Assembly (NCBI GenBank): GCA_014239575.1
Contig: JAAZYQ010000001.1
Span: forward strand, 7,322 to 71,321
Length of the DNA: 64,000 bases
Origin: Gammaproteobacteria bacterium
Lineage (GTDB): Bacteria > Pseudomonadota > Gammaproteobacteria > Arenicellales > UBA868
Direction of reading: 5' to 3'
This document shows, one piece after another, positions 58,553 through 64,000 of the stretch. Made by a program: the position numbers and the translations under genes. Under the pieces are notes generated by a model. It was not told the origin of the DNA. It saw only the letters and a list, made by a program, of their open reading frames with translations, and ran no database searches. Within the stretch, counting starts at the first letter, position 1; each line of letters opens with the position of its first letter.

Positions 58553-59611
58553 CTAGGCAGGATCTTGTGGCTGGCGCGGCCAGGCATTCAACACCGCGTG
58601 CACCAGGGTTGCCAGCGGGATAGCGAAAAAAATGCCGAGCACCCCCCACAGGCCGCCAAAGATCAGCACCGCCGTGATAATAGCCACCGGGTGCAGATTA
58701 TTGACCTCGGAAAATAAAGTCGGTACCAACAGGTTGCCGTCCAGCGCCTGAATAACCAGATAGGCGATAAACAAGGTTAAAAATTCACTGCCAAAGCCCC
58801 ACTGGAACCAGGCTACAAAAGCCACCGGTATTGTCACCACGGCGGCGCCCACAAAAGGAATCAGCACAGACAAACCCACCAGCACCGATAGCAGCATGGG
58901 GTACTGCAGCCCCAGCAGGGAAAAAGTCATCAGACAGGCAAACCAGACGATCAGAATCTCCCAGAACTTGCCCCGCACATAATTGCCGATCTGGCGATCC
59001 ACCTCAGACCAGACCTGGCTCACCAGCTGGTGCTGGCCCGGCGCCAAGCGGCCCATCCAGATAACAAGCAACTCCTTGTCCTTCATCAGGAAAAATATCA
59101 GGATCGGCATCAGAACCAGGTAGATCAGTACTGTGATCAGTCCCATCACCGAGGCCAGCGAGACCGACAGCAGTTTTTGTCCCCATGAGGTCAACTCAAT
59201 ACGGATCAGCACCATGATCTCGTCAATCTGCTGGGCCGAGGCAATCTCGGGATACTTCTCGGGCAGTTTAAGCAACACTTCCTGGCCAACGTTCAGCATG
59301 CTCGGGACCTGCTGCACAAACTGGGTGGCCTGTGTCGACAGCAGCGGCAATAATCCAAACAGAATAAGCATCACAAAAAACAGAAAAGCGGCATAGACCA
59401 GCAGGACGGCAAAAAGACGCGGTACCCGCGATCGCTCCAATAAGACGACCAGTCCTTCGAGCAGGTAAGCGATCACGACCGCCGCCAGCAGCGGAGCCAG
59501 CATGTTGCCCATCAGCACAACAATCACAAAAAGCACCAGCAGAGATAGCGTCAGAAACACTACCTGCGGGTTGCCGGCCTGTTGTCTGAACCAGTCGGTG
59601 ATCATCTTCAT
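58553..59611 (-). CDS. AI-2E family transporter (PerM-like)
   Basis: AYLLEG, YVRGK, IPFVG, LDGNLLVP, LHP. Confidence 0.88.
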   Translation of the reverse strand: MKMITDWFRQQAGNPQVVFLTLSLLVLFVIVVLMGNMLAPLLAAVVIAYLLEGLVVLLERSRVPRLFAVLLVYAAFLFFVMLILFGLLPLLSTQATQFVQQVPSMLNVGQEVLLKLPEKYPEIASAQQIDEIMVLIRIELTSWGQKLLSVSLASVMGLITVLIYLVLMPILIFFLMKDKELLVIWMGRLAPGQHQLVSQVWSEVDRQIGNYVRGKFWEILIVWFACLMTFSLLGLQYPMLLSVLVGLSVLIPFVGAAVVTIPVAFVAWFQWGFGSEFLTLFIAYLVIQALDGNLLVPTLFSEVNNLHPVAIITAVLIFGGLWGVLGIFFAIPLATLVHAVLNAWPRQPQDPA

Positions 59612-59668
59612 GAGTACACCCCTATATCAAGCCATGCCACGCCGTGGTCTGCTTACGGCGTCTTAAGT

Positions 59669-60085
59669 CTAACTCGATAAAATTTCAAAATCGTGGGTTA
59701 TTTGCGCTACCGAATCAAGCATCTTGGTGGCGGAGCAGTACTTTTGCGCCGACAAACTGATCGCGCGATCAACCCGTCGGGGATCCAACTGCTCGCCGGC
59801 AACCACAAAATGCAGGTGAATACGGGTAAAAACTTTGGGCACTTCACCGGCGCGCTCAGCGTTGATCTCAACACGTATATCGCTAAAGGCCTGGCGCGCC
59901 TTGCGCAGGATCAGCACTACGTCGATGATCGTGCAGCCACCCAGGCCCAGCAGCAGCATCTCCATGGGCCGCGAACCCAGGTTCTGGCCGCCCACATCAG
60001 GGGAGCGATCCATCACCACCTGGTGACCGCTCTCGGTGATCCCTTCCAGTGAATCATCTTCTTTCAGACGAATTGTGGCTTGCAT
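59669..60085 (-). CDS. OsmC/YhfA-family protein
   Basis: RPMEMLLLGLGGCT and LSAQKYCSA. Confidence 0.9.
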   Translation of the reverse strand: MQATIRLKEDDSLEGITESGHQVVMDRSPDVGGQNLGSRPMEMLLLGLGGCTIIDVVLILRKARQAFSDIRVEINAERAGEVPKVFTRIHLHFVVAGEQLDPRRVDRAISLSAQKYCSATKMLDSVAQITHDFEILSS

Positions 60086-60102
60086 ACTTATTCTTTTTTG
60101 CC

Positions 60103-60903
60103 TCAAGTACCAAACAATAATGAAAGGTGTGCGCCCGGATCCTCCTGGCGCATAAAAGCCTCACCCACTAAAAAGGCATTAATGCCCGCCTCACGCATGC
60201 GCGTTACATCTTCAACGGTGTGAATCCCGCTTTCGGTCACGAGCATTGTATCGCCCGGGACTCGCGGCGCCAGTGCAAGCGTAGTCTCAAGCGTGGTATT
60301 AAACGTGCGCAGATCGCGATTGTTAATACCCACCAGGGTCGGTGTAAGCTCAAGCGCGCGATCGAGCTCGGCACCATCGTGCACCTCGACCAGTACATCC
60401 ATGGCCAGATCTGCAGCCGTTGCAGCGAGCTCCATCATCTGCGCCTGCTCGAGAGCGGCCACAATCAGCAAAATGCAATCGGCGCCGATGGCCCGGGATT
60501 CGACCACCTGCCACGGATCGATCATGAAATCCTTGCGCAGAACCGGCAATGCACAGGCCGCGCGGGCGGCGACCAGGTGATTCTCGGCGCCTTGAAAAAA
60601 ATCACGATCGGTCAGCACCGAAAGACACGACGCCCCTCCCGCCTGATAACTGGCCGCAATCGCCGCCGGATCAAAATCCTCGCGGATCAGGCCCTTGCTG
60701 GGCGATGCCTTCTTAACCTCCGCAATAACGCCGGCACGCCCCGTCTCAATGCTGGCACTAAGCGATTGCGCAAAACCCCGAGGTGCTGATTGCTCTTTGG
60801 CCTGCGCGTAAAGATCCGCCAGGGTATGGGTGTGCTGGCGCTCGGCAATCTCTTCGCGCTTTCGTGCCAGTATGCGCTCCAGAATATCGGCCGGCGCTTT
60901 CAT
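60103..60903 (-). CDS. trpC: Indole-3-glycerol phosphate synthase
   Basis: [34 protein letters not shown]. Confidence 0.96.
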   Translation of the reverse strand: MKAPADILERILARKREEIAERQHTHTLADLYAQAKEQSAPRGFAQSLSASIETGRAGVIAEVKKASPSKGLIREDFDPAAIAASYQAGGASCLSVLTDRDFFQGAENHLVAARAACALPVLRKDFMIDPWQVVESRAIGADCILLIVAALEQAQMMELAATAADLAMDVLVEVHDGAELDRALELTPTLVGINNRDLRTFNTTLETTLALAPRVPGDTMLVTESGIHTVEDVTRMREAGINAFLVGEAFMRQEDPGAHLSLLFGT

Positions 60904-61475
60904 GCCCTTAGGTTTTGTTGCAAAAAATTGTGCAGCATTTTGTGGCCATACTGGGTAAGGATGGACTCGGGATGAAACTGCACCCCCACCACCGGATCCT
61001 CACGGTGGGCAATGCCCATGATCTGGCCATCGTCGGCGCGGGCAGTCACCACAAAACATCCGGGCAAAGTGGATTCGTCGACCACCAGCGAGTGGTAACG
61101 GGTTGCCTGAAATGGGCTGGGCAGCTCGTTAAAAATGCCCTCGCCTTCGTGCTCGATCATCGAGGTCTTGCCATGCATCAATGTGGGTGCCCGCACAATA
61201 TTGCCGCCATAGGCCTGGGCGATGCTCTGGTGACCCAGGCACACGCCAAGGATCGGAATACTGGCACCGTACTCGCGCACCAGATCCACTGAGATGCCAG
61301 CCTCATTGGGTGTACACGGCCCAGGGGAGATCACCACGTGCGAAGGTGCCAGGGCGTCGACATCGTTTAAGGTGATCTGGTCATTGCGATAGACCGTGAC
61401 ACGCTCACCCAGCTCGCCCAGGTATTGCACCAGGTTGTAGGTAAACGAATCGTAGTTGTCGATCATCAGCAGCAT
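60900..61475 (-). CDS. trpG: Anthranilate/aminodeoxychorismate synthase component II
   Basis: [33 protein letters not shown]. Confidence 0.93.
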   Translation of the reverse strand: MLLMIDNYDSFTYNLVQYLGELGERVTVYRNDQITLNDVDALAPSHVVISPGPCTPNEAGISVDLVREYGASIPILGVCLGHQSIAQAYGGNIVRAPTLMHGKTSMIEHEGEGIFNELPSPFQATRYHSLVVDESTLPGCFVVTARADDGQIMGIAHREDPVVGVQFHPESILTQYGHKMLHNFLQQNLRA

Positions 61476-61924
61476 ATGCGCTCTAACCTATTTTTTTCCC
61501 TGGCTCTTGCTACCCGGCCAATGAATTGAATGCCCATAAAAATACCGACTTTGAGAACCGATGCGGGTGATCGCCTGTATGAATCTAGCGTAATTGTAGC
61601 GATAGCGATCGCTCCTGGCCGGCCTATGCGCTTTTTAGGTGCTCGTTAATGTTCGACATGGCAAGAAAGCCTTACTGCAGTGCCTGTAAAAGACGCCTGG
61701 ATTCACCTTGATAATGCTCAGATTTTACTTTGTCCCGTTTTGGTAACGCCCTATTAATGCTTTTTGCAACCCATTGACGGAGCCAACAGGCTGCCGATCA
61801 GTCGAGTTAGTCAACTCGGGTATTACAGTACTCTATAGGTGAGAGCCGATGCTTCTCTTAACTACTAACATGTTGTCAGCCGCTTAAAGGTGGCGCAGCA
61901 GATCTCTGCCGCGTCGCCCCGTCA

Positions 61925-62047
61925 TCACTCCTTGAGTAAATTGCAAAGCCATCGTGCGGTTCGCATCAGCCGGGCGTCTTGGTCTGCGCCCGCAATTAAC
62001 TGAACGCCGATCGGCAGGTGGGGGCTTCCCTTAAAAGGTGTATAAAT
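61925..62047 (-). pseudogene. C-terminal fragment of an amidase-signature family gene
   Basis: Reads ...PFKGSPHLPIGVQLIAGADQDARLMRTARWLCNLLKE*; in-frame stop just upstream and no start codon. Confidence 0.55.
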
Positions 62048-62161
62048 TCATCGGGCGATTTTAAATCAAATGGATAATGGCGAACTTAAGATGGCGAGCC
62101 ATGCGTGCTCTTATCGGCATCCAAAAAGGAAACGCATCGAGCGAGTCGAGGGTCACGATGG

Positions 62162-62189
62162 AAAAAAGGAGCAGATTAACTGCTCCTTT
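62162..62189 (-). terminator. Rho-independent terminator
   Basis: AAAGGAGCAG-TTAAT-CTGCTCCTTTTTT on minus strand. Confidence 0.7.
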
Positions 62190-62469
62190 CACCGCGAATG
62201 CCCCCGCTAATCATCTCCAACTCAAAGCCAGCCAAATCACCACCTGACCCAGAAAGTCAGCAAGGGGTTACACCATCACCTCATGTGATGGTGTAACCGT
62301 GGTTCCTTGGCAATAGTACACATGCCATCGCCAAATACAGCACCATTGGCAATGGCTGTGTTTACTATTGAGATGATCTGTTGCTGCAGGTCACATCTAC
62401 TGATACAACATTACCGAAGGACTGAAAGCTTGAACTTATTTTCAGTCAGTAATGCTGTTTCTTACTTAT

Positions 62470-62676
62470 TTAAAGTCCAACCACCTTTTGGGCGCAGGGG
62501 CCTTTTTCGGTCTGGCCGACTTCGAATTCAACAGCCTGGCCATCGCTCAATGTGGCGTAATCGCCACCGGCCTGAATCTCAGTATGATGAACAAACAAAT
62601 CCTTGCCGCCGTCATCCGGGGCAATAAATCCGAAGCCCTTCTCTGCGCTAAACCACTTTACTGTACCTTTAGTCAT
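62470..62676 (-). CDS. cspA: Cold-shock protein
   Basis: GTVKWF, KGFGFI (RNP1), LFVHH (RNP2). Confidence 0.93.
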   Translation of the reverse strand: MTKGTVKWFSAEKGFGFIAPDDGGKDLFVHHTEIQAGGDYATLSDGQAVEFEVGQTEKGPCAQKVVGL

Positions 62677-62747
62677 GCTATTTACTCTATTTTGTTTTGG
62701 TGAAAGAAACGAAAACCCACATGGAAGTCACCACTTCTATATGGGCA

Positions 62748-62854
62748 TAGTGAATTTCTACGGGAATAGTGAGGCTCTACGGGAAAAGTGAAACTCTACG
62801 GGAATAGTAAAACTCTACGGGAATGATGAGATTCTACGGGAAAAGTGAGATTCT
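62748..62854. repeat. 19-bp tandem repeat (~5.6 copies) with invariant core TCTACGGGAA
   Basis: Units start at 62748, 62767, 62786, 62805, 62824 and 62843 (partial). Confidence 0.9.
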
Positions 62855-62866
62855 TTTGCACCTAGA

Positions 62867-63031
62867 TTAGGCGTGGCCGTCTATTTTAGCAGGTTCTTCG
62901 TCTGATGGGGCTTGATCAGCTTGATTATTCTCAGCAGCTGCTGCCAGCTTTTTTAGACGCTTGTCTTCCTTTTTTTTCTTTTTGGCAATCTCTTTTTGCC
63001 GCTTTTCAAACGAATAGTTCGCTCTTGCCAT
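62867..63031 (-). CDS. Small Lys-rich protein (54 aa), not in the ORF track
   Basis: MARANYSFEKRQKEIAKKKKKEDKRLKK...DGHA*; GAGG RBS; upstream of csp in the same orientation. Confidence 0.75.
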   Translation of the reverse strand: MARANYSFEKRQKEIAKKKKKEDKRLKKLAAAAENNQADQAPSDEEPAKIDGHA

Positions 63032-63372
63032 AGGGTAGCCTCGGTTTATTTTTTAGGTCGTTAAGGTAAATATATAGTGCCAGATTCCAAGGAATAACCC
63101 CCCGTCAGCTGGCCGGCCACTGTTTTAAGTGATCCGGTGTAAATGTTAGCGCCTGATCGGTTTTAGGTCCATGGGGACTCATCTACCCGATAATATAGTC
63201 CAGTTATTGTCACACTCGCGGTGCAATATTACCAGTTGAGACTCATCATTTGGCGCATCTGGGCTTGTAATTCGCCCTGGATGCGGGCTTTGGGGCAAAG
63301 GACTGCTGTCACGATGGTGCGCCAGTTGGTAGAATCCCGCCCTCAATTTTGACCAACCCCAAAGAGGCCCCC

Positions 63373-63501
63373 ATGGGAAAGCGAGTGAAGAAAGGGAAGA
63401 TTATGAATAAGAATCGTCCTGTGAATAAATCCAATGCGGCGAGTGATCAAAAACGCATACGGGAAAACGCCGCCGTATTAAAAGCGCTGAACAGCGCGTA
63501 G
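63373..63501 (+). CDS. Small basic protein (42 aa), not in the ORF track
   Basis: AAAGAGG RBS, TGGTAGAAT extended -10-like element upstream; MGKRVKKGKIMNKNRPVNKSNAASDQKRIRENAAVLKALNSA*. Confidence 0.5.
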   Translation: MGKRVKKGKIMNKNRPVNKSNAASDQKRIRENAAVLKALNSA

Positions 63502-63570
63502 TAACCCCCCCTGGGGTAGTTGATGCCATGACGCCGGCCTTGGCGTGGTGTTGCGAGAGCCACTGGGGCG

Positions 63571-64000
63571 CTAGCCCACCGGCGTGAAATCAAACTCCTC
63601 AGAGCCGAGAATAGCCTCTACCCCGCCCAGTTTTTCAATCAGGCTGGCCTGATCGGCCAGGGCCTGGCGGTTCACCTTCTCGGGGTCCACCAGCGAGAGC
63701 ATCTGCTGGTGACAGCGCTTTTGCACCTTGGCAAAATCGGGATTGCCGGCCAGGTTGTTGAGCTCGCCCGGGTCGGCCTGCATATCGTACAGCTCGGGCT
63801 CAAAGCCGGGGTAGCCGTTGTACTTCCAGCGCGCGGTGCGCAACATAAAGAGCCCCACGGGGGATCCGCCGTCGTGGTATTCGGATAACACCGCCCGTTC
63901 GAATTCGGGCTCGGTGGCCAAAGATTGCAATGCAACACCCGGGCGGGTAATGCCATCATCCTTTGCGCCCACGGCGCTCAATATGGTGGGGTAGATATCC
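63571..64000 (-). CDS. Sulfatase-family protein, C-terminal part (runs off the window)
   Basis: DIYPTI, SEYH, FMLR..RWKY, PELYDMQADPGE..NLA; choline-sulfatase-like tail. Confidence 0.8.
   Translation of the reverse strand, partial: DIYPTILSAVGAKDDGITRPGVALQSLATEPEFERAVLSEYHDGGSPVGLFMLRTARWKYNGYPGFEPELYDMQADPGELNNLAGNPDFAKVQKRCHQQMLSLVDPEKVNRQALADQASLIEKLGGVEAILGSEEFDFTPVG

Noticed and set aside
62748-62854. 19-bp array as a CRISPR array for the orphan Cas6 (the first unit even contains AATTTCTAC, like Cas12a repeats)
   Set aside because: The 10-nt core and 9-nt mutually similar linkers are far too short for repeat-spacer units; no palindromic stem; 40 kb from cas6

Overview
Chromosomal window (visually ~55-60% GC) from a sulfur-oxidising Gammaproteobacterium (inferred from gene content; probably marine). 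In order: the rpoN-hpf-ptsN-rapZ-ptsH-ptsI cluster; a complete reverse dissimilatory sulfite reductase operon on the minus strand (dsrABEFHCMKLJOPNR) trailed by a NarX/NarL-type two-component pair; a divergent operon of unknown function (TauD-like dioxygenase, two hypotheticals, an ORPHAN Cas6 with no CRISPR array or other cas gene in the window, a cysteine-less DsrC paralog, a small protein); further sulfur-associated hypotheticals and a frameshifted dsrS relic; soxXYZAB plus a SoxW-like thioredoxin (no soxCD in the window); tusA-dsrE2; two paralogous secreted proteins built of 9-residue xNPxxYxxx repeats, each upstream of a DUF302 gene; then housekeeping genes (nit, rng, maf, rlmH, rsfS, nadD, proA, holA, lptE, leuS, mrcB, cfa-like, trpC, trpG), a ~4.3 kb accessory block between leuS and lptE, and a csp gene preceded by a 19-bp tandem array. 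No rRNA, tRNA, CRISPR array or intact mobile element was seen. Best candidates for undescribed biology are (1) the CRISPR-independent Cas6 module facing a highly structured dsrA leader and (2) the NPxxY-repeat/DUF302 modules as possible sulfur-globule envelope components. Family assignments come from motif recognition by eye, not from database searches.
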